Shown here piece after piece: positions 1 to 12,400 of a stretch of DNA of 64,000 bases. Origin of the DNA: Octopus sinensis (lineage: Eukaryota); the NCBI RefSeq assembly GCF_006345805.1, contig NC_043007.1, positions 9,796,001-9,860,000 on the forward strand, in the 5' to 3' direction. Every line of letters begins with the position of its first letter. Position 1 is the first letter of the stretch. Both the position numbers and the translations under genes were made by a program. A model generated the notes under the pieces. The model did no database searches. It saw nothing but the letters and a program-made list of their open reading frames with translations, and was not told the origin of the DNA.

Positions 1-299
1 TGTTGAGTAGTAGTGTGTGTGTGTGTCCAGTGTCGTGGTGGTATTAATGGCGAGTAGATTGAATGTGTGTAAGAGTGATGTATATATATAGGCAAGGTGT
101 GTATATGTTTGCGCGTGTGTGTAACGAAAAAGGGGGGGTTTTAAGGAAAAAGGACTCCAGCTGAGGGGAAGATGAGAGTGGTACCGCGGAGAACAGGCGT
201 GGGAAACCCAACGACACGCGACGGTCCCAGGAACGGGCGGAGGTCTCGTCAGGTCCAAGGGCGAGGTGTATGCGGCGCGTATGCAGCGCGAGCCGGCGC

Positions 300-717
300 A
301 AGTGCGTATGTGCGCGTGCCTGCGAGTATGCGCGTAAGTATGTATGTGTGTGGATGAGTGAGTGTGTCTGTGTGTATGTCTGGGTGGCAGTGTGCCGATG
401 AATGTATGTGAGTATGTGTGTATGTATGTGTGTGCATAGATGTATGTCCGTGTGTGTGTGTGTATGTGTGTGAGGTGTATGTATGTACGTTTGGGTGTGG
501 GGAAGTGTGTGTATGTGCATGTGTGTGCGCGTACATACAGGTGTGTGAGTGAGTGTGTTGTGGTATGTATGTGTGAGTGTGTATGTATGTGTGTGTCGGA
601 TGCATGTATGTGTATGGGTGTTGTATGCGTGTGTGTATGTATGTATGTGTACGTGCGTGTGTGTGTGTGTGTATGCGTGTAGGTGTGCGCGTGTGCATGC
701 ATGCATGTGCGTATGTG

Positions 718-750
<33 letters not shown>

Positions 751-756
751 ATTATA

Positions 757-818
<62 letters not shown>

Positions 819-927
819 CATATGTGTGTGTGTGTACTCTTACGTACAAACATGGCACATAGTTGCAAACACACACACACAGACATGCACACACAAGGAA
901 ACAGAGATGCGTACATATACAAACACA

Positions 928-985
<58 letters not shown>

Positions 986-1090
986 AAAATACACAAACAC
1001 GGACGTGCAAGCACATGAATATGCAGAATACACACATACATACATACATACATACATACACACACATGCAGACATACACACACTCACATA
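300..1090. repeat. Compound (GT/GTAT/AT/CA) microsatellite tract
   Basis: Direct reading; explains the H/T/Y/V/C-rich pseudo-ORFs. Confidence 0.95.
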
Positions 1091-1448
1091 CTTATCTCGA
1101 ACTAATCCCAACGCTGGAACATAAGTTCAAAGGAAATGGAAGTGGAGAGACGTGTCTCTGGAGAGATTGCGACAATGCGATGAAATAATTATTTGACGAA
1201 AAAAAAAAAAGAAATAATAACACTAACAATATTGAAAATTGAAACGATTAACTGTTTGACCAAAGTGTTTAAAATATGAGTTTGAAAAACTAGTAAAATA
1301 ACAGCTTTTCGATAAATCGGTTAAGAGAGTAACTAACCCATTGACTAACAATAACAATAAAGAACCGAACCAGGGCGCGACTTTATTATTACCGACATAA
1401 TGCCCCTCCCATTCATAGCATTTCTTTCAACACACGAATTCACACCAG

Positions 1449-1520
1449 AATCTTGCAAACCAAATACAATTACGAACTATATATATATATTATATCTATA
1501 TATATATAATATATATATAT

Positions 1521-1591
<71 letters not shown>

Positions 1592-2108
1592 ATATATACA
1601 TACAGACCATATATAATGGAAAGACAAGAAAAACGTCATCAATAATCTTGCAAACCAAATACATTATACGAACTATATATATATATTACATACATACATA
1701 TATATAAATGGAAAGACAAGAAAAGACGTCATCAATAATCTTGCAAACCAAATACAATTACGAACTATATATATATATATACATACATACATATATAAAT
1801 GGAAAACAAGAAAAGACGTCATCAATAACTTGCAAACCAATACAATACGAACTATATATATATATATATATATATACATACATACATATATATAAATGGA
1901 AAGACAAGAAAAGACGTCGTGAATAATCTTGCAAACCAAATACAATTTCGAACTATATATATATACATACATACATATATATAAATGGAAAGACAAGAAA
2001 AGACGTCGTGAATAATCTTGCAAACCAAATACAATTACGAACTATATAATATATATATATATATACATACATACATATATATAAATGGAAAGACAAGAAA
2101 AGACGTCA
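1449..2108. repeat. Tandem repeat of six units with an embedded variable (TA)n/(CATA)n core
   Basis: CTTGCAAACCAA..CGAACTA..(TA)n..ATGGAAAGACAAGAAAAGACGTC recurs at ~1451, 1646, 1739, 1829, 1927 and 2016. Confidence 0.9.
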
Positions 2109-2305
2109 ACAAGAAACTATGACATTACAACCAGCCAGGAAAAGTCTTCGCTACATTTGCGGCACCTGCCAGAGGGAGTGTTTGTCCAGGATAGGACTAC
2201 ACAGCCACAGCAGGAAATGTATTAGGACATGAAATGTAAAAATCAAACTAGATTATTTTGTGCCCAACTCCATTGTCTACCGAGACAAAAAGGATGCCAA
2301 CAACA

Positions 2306-2354
<49 letters not shown>

Positions 2355-3488
2355 CATATATATACACACACACAAAGACACACACACTCACACCATTCTG
2401 ACCTCCATACAGACACACATATACACACGCGGCACCATGCCAAATACCATCCACACACATACATACACACACACACACACACACACCACGCATACACAAC
2501 ACCAAGCCAACCACACACGCGGTTGACAAACGGACACACATATACACACACCATCCTACCAGATTTTACAAACACACAGACACATCTATTCACACCACAT
2601 ATGTATATACACACACACTCACCCCATTCTGACCCCTAAAGCCAATCCCCCAAATCATTGATGCTTGAAGGAGAGACAAAAAGAATAAATTCTTTTCAGT
2701 TCCACATTGCTCCTCCTTTCCCCCACCCAAACACACCTACAGTGTCCCTTGAAATAGATAATATTCTTTTACGTTAACATGGTGGACAAGTCAGTTTTAG
2801 CTTCCCTACTATTATAATGTAAACCTTTTTGAACTCATAATATTCTGTACGTGTATACCAATATTCCACTGAACTTTTTAATAATTCCTTCTGGAAATTA
2901 TCTTGAGAATGTATAATATATTTTTGTTATCTTTTGTGCCCAATATTTCAATGAACTTGTTAAACTTTTTTAGGTTCTCAACATGCTCTTGTCACCAAAG
3001 AATGTGTATATATATATTTATTGTAGTACTCTGTGTCAACCAATATTCTGTGCGTGTTTGAATATACAGATACAATACCAATACCAATATCCCACTGAAC
3101 TTTTTAATAATTCCTTCTGGAAACTATCTTAAGCATGTTCTTGAGAATGATTATTTATGTAGTAATCTTTTGTGCCCAATATTTTAAGGAACTTGTTAAA
3201 CTTTTTTATGTCCTTAACATGTCCCTGTTACCAAAGACTGTATATATGTAATGTAGCAATTTGTAACAACCAATAATTAACGCAACCAAACTTCTACACG
3301 TTACTTTTGACAATCTTTTTTCCAAAGAGTGTAACCGGTGAAGTAAATAAACATTTTTTAAAATTGCATTTTCAAACCTTCTTTCGTATATATATATATA
3401 TATATATACATACATACATACATACATACATACATACATACATACATACACATACATACATACATACATACATACATACATACATACA

Positions 3489-3527
<39 letters not shown>

Positions 3528-3856
3528 TATTCATATTCAAAACCTATTTTATTTATATTTTTAAATTACATACCTTTTACCTTTTTTAAAAAAGAAAAGA
3601 AAAGAAAATCCACTGGGAGTGAAGGACTCCAAGCTGTTGCTAGAGGGAAACTTGAAATAAAACCTGCGGTTGGTGCGATTACTGATCATGTGGCTTAGGT
3701 CTGTCACCAGAAAATAATCACCGAAGCTTAGAGACTGGTACTCGTGCTGTACAAGTGTTTGCCACTATAATCCAGTGATGTACAGATGTATCTTTTATGT
3801 TCTCATCTGTAATTATTATTTTTTTACAGATAAAAGTCCTAGGGCGATGGAGGAAT

Positions 3857-3993
3857 GCATGCATGTTTGTGTGTATGTGTGTGTATGTATGTATGTATGT
3901 ATGTATGTATGCATGTATGCATGTATGTGTGTATGTGTGCATGTATGTATGTGTGTATGCATGTATGTATGTATGTTTGTGTATATGTATGTA

Positions 3994-4024
<31 letters not shown>

Positions 4025-4223
4025 ATGTATGTATGTATATATGCATGCAGGCATGTATGTATGTATGTATATATGCATGCAGGCATGTATGTATGTATGT
4101 ATATATGTATGTATGTTTGTGTATATGTATGTATGTATGTGTGTGTGTATGTGCGTATGTATGTATGTATGTATGTATGTTTGTGTGTATGTATGTATGT
4201 ATGTGTGTATGTATGTATGTGTG

Positions 4224-4255
<32 letters not shown>

Positions 4256-4275
4256 TGCATGCATATATGTATGTA
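3857..4275. repeat. (GTAT)n/(GT)n microsatellite
   Basis: Direct reading. Confidence 0.95.
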
Positions 4276-4885
4276 GTACGTACGTCATCGTTGTTGTTCA
4301 GACGGGTGTTACTGTTATTTTTTTTGTAATGTAAAGTCCACCTGAAGGGAGATTGGTTGGTGTTCAGAGGCTTATCTGAGAGTTCGAAAGTACTAACAGC
4401 ATTCAGCCCTCTGTAGCCATATATTCCAATGGTAAAGGTTTTTATTTCAACACATTCAAAATTTCTATGCAGCGAGAAAAAAGACCGCTCTCGAAATGCT
4501 TACGAATGAATCCACCACACAACCGTCATTCGGGATAATATAGCAGGGGAAGCAACCTCAAATGAGTTATTTACGAGTTACTTCCCTTGTACGAAATTTA
4601 CCACTGTAAATAGCATAAGATGTGAAAGAATGGATGTCGTAAGAGACGGTAGCCAGTATGAATGACTGATTTCCCTGCTTGACAGTCGAAAGCTTTGCTG
4701 ATAGCAAATACATTTTTTAGACGAACTTCTCAAAGGTGAATAGCCGCTAGTGATTGGCATAGGAGGGTTGGTCAACGATAAAAGCAATATTTCTTTCTAG
4801 TCATTGGTAGGTGATAGAATTAAAATGCAAAGGGACATGGCTAGTAGTATAGCTACACAAATGTGCTCCTACCCGACTTTGTTAT

Positions 4886-5210
4886 GATAATAATAATAAT
4901 GAAATTATTGTATACAGTGCTCGGGTACACCACAACTTGTCAAAAATGCATATAAAGCACATGCAGTAATGTACAAATGTCTGGAAAGCGAACAATGTAT
5001 GAGTCATATACATGTTTGTGTGTGTGTGGAGGGGAGAAAATCAGGTGTAGTGTTGGCGAATCTCAGGAAGCATGGAAGTTTTGAAGGATGCAGTGCTCCG
5101 ACAACTAACAACTGATGCCGGCAGTTTGTTCCATGCTTCAGCAACCCTCAGCTTGAGAAAATGTTTCCTAAAGTCATGGGAGCTGTGCTGTTTTCTGACT
5201 TTGTAAATAT
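4886..5210 (-). mobile_element. CR1-type LINE 3' end (family A)
   Basis: Same sequence as the 3' end of the RT-bearing copy at 26440-27085, including the (TTA)n tail. Confidence 0.8.
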
Positions 5211-5616
5211 CTCATAGCTTTCAGAAAAATAAATATGTTTTTATGAAATTCTCGACAGATAACTTTTAAATGGTGAGGATTCCGATTACATCGGGATTTG
5301 TTGCGGAATTTTTTTTTGTTTGTTTCTGGCGGTGTCGATGTGTTTCGGATAATTCATATCAGAGTTTCCCCCATAATTTTCAGAAGAATTGGTATTTTTT
5401 AATGAAATTTTCTAGGCAACAAATTCGGTGAAGTCACTTGTGTAGGTATGTTGTAGAAGTTCACAGTTGTTTTCAATACTTTTAAAATGTTGGTAGAGTG
5501 AGCATCCGATCGAGAATTGTTGCTGTTTAGACTTCCAAGTTAGTCGTGATTAGGAGGAACTATAATCAAAGCAAGACATTCCAATATCGACCATCTCGTC
5601 TTCTTATATATCTAGT

Positions 5617-5677
<61 letters not shown>

Positions 5678-5678
<1 letters not shown>

Positions 5679-6170
5679 TAGCAGTATCGCCCGGCGTTGC
5701 TCGGGTTTGTAAGGGAAATAACTATATAAGCATTTTTAGAGAGTTACTTTCGGGCTTTCTTAGCCATTTCTGTTTTGGTGTCTTCAAGCTATGAAGTCGT
5801 TGTTCTAAAAGAACGCTGGTCTCCTTGACAACGCATTACGACGTTGATTTCTTTACACTCCCTTCCCCACAGCTTCACGAGGGAGGGAAGGGGGGGAAGC
5901 AAACAGGTGCAGCTGTGAGCGTGGACGCCAACTCCGCCGCCATCGACACACGAAAAATTATGTACTAAAATGGAATAAAAAATTATGTTAAATTATTTTT
6001 AAAATCGTAGACTCATCGTTGACGCGCGCTAATAGCCAGACGGGCTCGATATTAATCACGATTATAAGATACCCGAATTTGGTTAAACTGCACCGCAAAA
6101 TGTGGGAGGAGTTAGGAATCTAAATCGAAGGGGACAGACACTCACACAACTAGAGTTTTATATATATAGA
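5678..6170 (-). mobile_element. Non-autonomous Helitron
   Basis: On the - strand: 5' TCTATATATATAAAA, 3' GC hairpin (CCCGAGCAACGCCGGG) then CTAG; inserted between A and T. Confidence 0.8.
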
Positions 6171-6177
6171 TATATAT

Positions 6178-6392
6178 AATTAAGGGTTTAGCAACAAGTT
6201 GCTTCACCACATACCGAAAATTTAGAAATAGCAGCCAAAGACAGCTAATTCCTTTCACTACAGATATGACTCCACAGGCAACAATATTTGTTACAAATAT
6301 TGTTGTCTGTAGTGAAAGGAATTAGCTGTCTTTGGCTGCTATTTCTAAATTTTCGGTATGTGGTGAAGTAACTTGTTGCTAAACCCTTAATT
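6178..6392. repeat. Long palindrome: 87-bp arms (6178-6264 / 6306-6392, one mismatch) at the end of a dispersed repeat also seen at ~53895-54080
   Basis: The arms are reverse complements by direct reading. Confidence 0.9.
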
Positions 6393-6528
6393 GTATTTAT
6401 AATTATATATAAAAAAAAAACTTTTTGTGCAAGTTTTTACCAATAATGGTTCTTTTTCCATACCGAAACTACTTGGTAAAATTTATTAATTATTAAATTA
6501 ATAATTCTTTACCCTATATCTGTAATGA

Positions 6529-6566
<38 letters not shown>

Positions 6567-6590
6567 TATATATATATAGTCAATAAATCA

Positions 6591-6840
6591 TACGAGGGGC
6601 GTTCATTAAAGATTTCTACTGACCCACATCCTAAGGACTGGGATAAACGAAACTTGGCATAATTATTAGTCCCCTCAACATAGCTACCACCAGTGATGAC
6701 ACACTTGTCCCGTCGTTTTATGCAGCTGTGAACAGCCCATCTGTAGAAGTCGGTAGATTGCGTATGGGGCCAAGACTTTACCTCGGAAATAAGTTCATCA
6801 CCATCCGAAAAATGCATCCCCTTCAAAATAGACTTCGGTG
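6591..6840 (-). mobile_element. Mariner transposase C-terminal relic with TIR
   Basis: HFSDGDELISEVKSW...FYRWAVHSCIKRRDKCVITGGSYVE; ends in a TA-CGAGGGGCGTTCA TIR. Confidence 0.75.
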
Positions 6841-7032
6841 TGTGTGTGTGTGTGTGTGTCAGAATTTGAACTCGGAACGTAAAGATGGAAGAAAAGCCAG
6901 TAAGCATTTTGTCTGGCACTGTAATGGTTCTGCCAGCTCTCCGCTTTTTTCTAGAGATTAAAGAGTTACAAGCATAAAAAATTATGCAATTTGTGGTTGG
7001 ACAGAATTTAACAAGATCTCTGGACAACATTC

Positions 7033-7833
7033 GGATCTTTTCCTTTTGAATGGCAGACAATTTCTAGTTAACTAAACACTTTAAAACTTCATATACTGGT
7101 AGAATGTGTCAAAATAAAACATTTTTTTCTCTTGGCTTTCTTGAGAAAATTGTAATTTGTTTGTTTAACGTAGTTTAATTTTTCGAATTTTAACCAATCT
7201 CTTTTGAGCTAAAATCATTTGCTGCGTCTAAAACTGAGACAACATCCTATCACTAACCCTCAACCTAACCCTAACCCTAATTTTTTTTTTTTTAATTATT
7301 AAATTAATTTAATTGTTACGCGTGTAAAAAAAAAACGAAAGCAATGGAAAATAATTTAAACAATTAACAAACAAAATAATTCTATAATTTTATACACACG
7401 CTTTCCGTAACACACGCTTTCCATATAAGTACGGAAAGCGTGTGTATAAAATTATAGAATTATTTTGTTTGTTAATTGTTTAAATTATTTTCCATTGCTT
7501 TCGTTTTGTCTTCTTTTTACACGCGTAACAATTAAATTAATTTAACAATTAAGAAAAAAAATTAGGGTTAGGGTTAGGTTGAGGGTTAGTGACAGGATGT
7601 TGTCTCAGTTTTAGACGCAGCAAATGATTTTAGTTCAATGGAGGTAATCGATTGGTTAAAATTGCCGAAATGCTCGGATTTTCAGACGAAATATCTTACA
7701 AACTATAGAATTTTCTCAATAAAACCAAGAGAAAATGATGTTTTTTAAACACATTCTACCAGTATACGAAGTTTTAAATTTTTTAGTTACCTAGAAATTA
7801 TGTTACAAACTGCCGTTCAAAAGGAGAAGATCC
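7033..7833. mobile_element. Foldback MITE with GGATCTT..AAGATCC termini, 8-bp TSD CAACATTC, internal palindrome and telomere-like repeats
   Basis: TIR GGATCTTTTCCTTTTGAATGGCAG / CTGCCGTTCAAAAGGAGAAGATCC; TSD at 7025-7032 and 7834-7841. Confidence 0.9.
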
Positions 7834-7977
7834 CAACATTCTTCAGCGTGTCATTTTGTTTTTTGTCTTTTTTTTTCTTGAACTGTACGGTGTAGCTAAA
7901 GGAAGATTTGGTTGCTATGTCTAGCAGGTCGATTGACACCATAGATATTTCTTAAACTACATACACCTTTTTTTTTT

Positions 7978-8094
7978 TAGAGTGGATAAGGAAATGAACA
8001 ATAAAAGGATCAGTTGGATATTACACTGATGAGGTGGGGAAAGTGTATTCTTTTATCTTTTACTTGTTTTAATCATTGGATTACGGCCATGCTG
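7978..8094. repeat. Exact 117-bp inverted copy of 11426-11542
   Basis: Base-by-base reverse complement match. Confidence 0.92.
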
Positions 8095-8315
8095 TAAAGA
8101 AAATACGGTTGTGTTTCGAAAAAGATTTGGTTGCTATATCTAACAGGTCGATTGACACCATAGATATTTCTTAAACTACATACACCTTTTTCTTTTTTTT
8201 TTTTTTTTTTTTTCTAAAGAAAATACGGTTGTGTTTCGAAAAAGATTTGGTTGCTATATCAAGCAAATCGATTAACTACTATCCGTATCTCTTCGCTGCT
8301 TCATACGTAAATACT

Positions 8316-8323
8316 ACTTCCGG
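8316..8323. promoter_or_regulatory. ETS/GABP (NRF-2)-type site ACTTCCGG just upstream of the PMPCB ATG
   Basis: Exact CCGGAAGT consensus on the - strand, 27-34 nt upstream of the ATG. This motif is typical of nuclear-encoded mitochondrial gene promoters. Confidence 0.5.
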
Positions 8324-8349
8324 TGGAAGACCTCGTCTCTCTTACAAAC

Positions 8350-8418
8350 ATGGCTACCAAACGCCTCTTACAGTTCTCCTTGTCTCTCCTCACCAGACAG
8401 GTACACGCTCGTTCTCAG
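8350..8418 (+). CDS. PMPCB: PMPCB exon 1 ([23 protein letters not shown], mitochondrial presequence)
   Basis: ATG in AACATGG context. The peptide is R/K/S/L-rich with no acidic residues. Phase-0 donor CAG|gtatag, with an alternative in-frame donor after 8400. Confidence 0.8.
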
Positions 8419-9353
8419 GTATAGTTCTCTTATTATTATTTGGAAGCTATCGTGTTTTATCATTCATCAACACCAACATTAGTCGATCGAATTTTAGACA
8501 ACCTCATGCCGAGGTCATCGCTTTGAATATTATTATTATACTTCCGACCGTAAAGGACACCTTGTGCATATGTGTATATATATATCTCAATCAATCATAT
8601 ATCGTATCATATGTAATTGGTTATTGCTATTCTTCTAATTTTTAAATGACCTTATTTAATTATCAAAAGCTTCGAGCTTAAACTACTAATTATCTGGAAC
8701 CTTTCCAGTTTGTTACTCCAATGCAATCCCAAAATGAATGACCTACCGTCAAATATTCTTTGTTTACTTTTCACAAAATTATAAAAAGTATATATATATA
8801 TATAATGATCCAATACATATTGTTTATCTGAACGTAGGAGAATAATTAATTACAAGAAATACTAGAATGTTCCTAATGTTTATTATTATGTTCATTAAAA
8901 ATTGGTCAAAAGAGTCTTGTGTATTATTTAACCTTGAGAAGTTTTATTTTTAAATGTCATCTTCTTTTCAAAGAAGAGACGGACGAGTGTGTTCTATCAT
9001 TGTTCGCATCGATTGTGATCGAGTTTAAATATTAATAATTAAGTTAATAATCAAAGTATTTGAAAGAAATGTTAATATTTCTGTTGTATAAGTGTGTGCT
9101 TTTTTTATTCGAGAATCATCCCAGCATTTGTGAGCGTCACTATTTTCTTACAGACACACACACATATATACATGTATATATATATATATATATAACCTTT
9201 TAGTGTTGACTCTCACAAGAATGAGCATTCAATAAGAGAGATTATTAATATATTTTATTCTGGTTGAATCAGTCTCTTACTACCACTACTGCCGGTGCAT
9301 AAAACCCCGCGCACCTACAAGCGTAGCAAGAGACGGATTCCACCAATATATAT

Positions 9354-9420
<67 letters not shown>

Positions 9421-12400
9421 ATAATTTTTTCCTTTTTCTTATCAATTTCTGTTCATGTCTACGCATCCTCATTTTAGAGTGGGTGGGGCGTTTATACATT
9501 TCAATCTGCAGTTCGAATTGCCTTATCTATATTTTAAAATAAATTGATTTTAACTCGAAATGTTGACCAGTTATCTATCTGTCCATCTGTAGTTTTCGTA
9601 TCCCCAGATGTCTAACTGCACCCAGGTTTCAATTTCCTGCTTCAACCGAGTCATATTGTGACTCTGCTATTTTCAAGAAAAGCCTGACCAAATACATCTT
9701 TCACTCATCCTCAAATATAAACAAACCTAAAACTCCTCCTGTGACATTGCATCAAGTTCTTATTGTGAAGCTAACTTCTTGTCATGTTAGCAAAATACAT
9801 CTTTCCTCGTTTATCACAAGGGTTTAGTGAAGGCTTGTGATTTACTGGCTATGGCATTCAGTTCACAATCGTATGGTCATGAGTTCGATTTCAGGCAACA
9901 CATTGTGTCCTTCAGTAAGACACTTTGTGTCACGTTGATCCAGTCCACTCGGCTGACAAAAGCGAGTTGTACCCATAATTCAAAAGGCCACCCTTGTCAC
10001 ATCCAGTGTGCTATGTTGAATCTCCCTGAGAACGTGCTCAGCCACTTGTATGTTAATTTCATGAGCAGGCTATTCCACTGATCAGATCAACTGGGACCCT
10101 CGTCATTATAACCAATGGAATGCCAGTTGATTAAATCACAATGGTTTAGTTTCAGAAGGAAAAAGAATTACCGCCACGCACTTTGTAAATGGAACAAATG
10201 ATAGATTCATTGTCACCAAACTTATGGCTACATGTATTTGAATGTGGGATTGATATCTGATTAGTTTAATATTCTACATCAGTGTGATGCTGAAATATTC
10301 TAAGTTAGAAGGTGAACCTGACCTCTAGCTACTTCAGGCGAATAATACTATGAAATAGATATGCAGTCTACCACAGTATACATAGCCTATGCTGTGAAAT
10401 GACCTGATCAGGGTTAAGGTGAATCATCATCATTTAACGTCCGTTTTCCATGCTATCATGGGTTGGATGGTTCAACCGGGGTCTGGGAAGCCAAAGGGTG
10501 CACCAGGCTCCAGTCTGATCTGGCAGTGTTTCTACAGCTGGATACCCTTCCTAACGCCAACCGCTCCGTGAGTGTAGTGGATGCTTTTTACATGCCACCA
10601 GCACAGGGGCCAGAGAAGGCTGGCAAATGACCGCAATCGGTTGGTGCTTTTTACATGTCACCGTCACGGACGCCAGTAAGGCGGCGCTGGCATCAGCCAC
10701 GTTTGGATGGTGCTTTTTACATGCCACTGGCACGAGTATCATAACTACAATTTCCATTTGATCTTTATTTTGATGTTGATGTATTTGACTCAATAGGTCT
10801 CCTCAAGCACAGTGGATCACTCTACGATCGAAGGTTAGCACAGCAGGCTGTCCTGCAAGCCATGAACTTACTTCATTTGTCGGGTCTTCGCAGTCACAGT
10901 ATATCTCAGAGGTCTCGGTATGCTAAAGTGTAACTGGGCTGTAGACCTCACACTAAAGTGGCACCTGTCTAGTTATGCCAACACTGTGAAAGTAAAACAG
11001 ATCTTTCACTATATTAACAGTATGAAGGTGTAAAGCTGACCTCCAACAATGTCGACACAGAATTAGTTGTGATTTTCACTTCTTGAGTTAACAGTTGTAT
11101 GAAATCACCTCAGAACTGTATTCCAATAGAGGTTCAGGCATGACTAAGAAGCTAAATTTGCAACCATGTGGTTTCAAGTTCAATCCCTCTACATGGCATC
11201 TTGAGCAAGTGTCTTGTAGTATAGCTTTGTGCAACCCAATGCCTTCTGAGTGATTTTGGTTGAAGGAAACTCTGTGGAAACCCACCATGTCTGTGTGTGC
11301 ATGTGTTTGTCTCCCACCACACTAAACAACCAGTGTTGGTTTGTTTACACCCTGTAACTTAGCTGTTTGGTAAAAGAGACTGCTGGGGGTTGATTTGTTC
11401 AACTAAACCCTTAGAGGCAGTGCCCCAGCATGGCCGTAATCCAATGATTAAAACAAGTAAAAGATAAAAGAATACACTTTCCCCACCTCATCAGTGTAAT
11501 ATCCAACTGATCCTTTTATTGTTCATTTCCTTATCCACTCTATGTCTATCATGAGCCTAGGATTCTTAAGGTTTGAGTTTAACCCAGTTTCCATGGCATA
11601 CACATGACTGAGACTACAGTGGTCTCCACTGAACAGGCTGTGACTCATTTACGGCTGTGCTGACTGGAGCAACATGAAATGAAGTATTTGAATCAAGAAC
11701 ACAACACATCGCCTGCACCAGGAATCGAAACCACATTCCTACGATCATGAGTGCAACACCCTAATCACTATGCTGCACAGCTTCACTAGTTCACTCTAGA
11801 ATAAGCTTTATTAGTTTTTCAGAATAGAAAAGGCTGTGCTCATGACCTTTGCAGGTCCTTAATCCTGGCTTGGTTGATCACTCAGAAATGTGTGAATGGA
11901 GATTGAATTCCAAAGATGGAAAAAGCCTGCAAGATGAGACTCACTAAAGGAGGCAATTAGGGAATACATAGGTCAGTGGTATGTTACCATCTGTTTTAGG
12001 GAGGGCAATAGAAAAAGCAAAATGTGGAAACACCTGGTCTGAGTGCCAATGATTGGAATGTATTGAACTGACCATGAAGGCCTGTCAGTTAAATGTTCTT
12101 TAGGATGTACTCTAGGATGTCTTTGTGGAGCACCATCCATATCCTAAATATCTGAATGGTATTCCATGTGAAAATAGAATTAAAATGGTTGTGCTGACGG
12201 TGCTTCTTATTTCTTTACTGCCCACAAGGGGCTACACACAGAGAGGACAAACAAGGACAGACAAATGTGGGTAGTAAAGAAATAGGTATTTCATCCGCCG
12301 CTGCACTCTGAGTTCAAATTCTGCCGAGGTCGACTTTGCCTTTCATCCTTTCAGGATCAATAAATTAAGTATCAGTTTCACACTGGAGTCGATGTAATTG

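Noticed and set aside
140-320. GC/CpG-rich patch that might be an exon or promoter
   Set aside because: No recognisable protein, splice pair or RNA motif; it is embedded in microsatellites and cannot be assigned.
2857-3250. Two diverged ~150-bp direct repeats
   Set aside because: Old local duplication with no termini, TSD or coding signal.
44-4334. Long H/T/Y/I- and V/C/M/Y-rich ORFs
   Set aside because: They are translations of (CA)n, (TA)n and (GTAT)n microsatellites, open in several frames on both strands.
4335-4880. Possible decayed restriction-like-endonuclease retroelement (VEIKTFTIGIYG, FEVASP on the - strand)
   Set aside because: Similarity is too weak and broken by stops to support without a profile search.
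8026-8050. CTGATGA..GAAA hammerhead-like core
   Set aside because: The intervening GGTGGG cannot form stem II, and there is no proper stem I or III.
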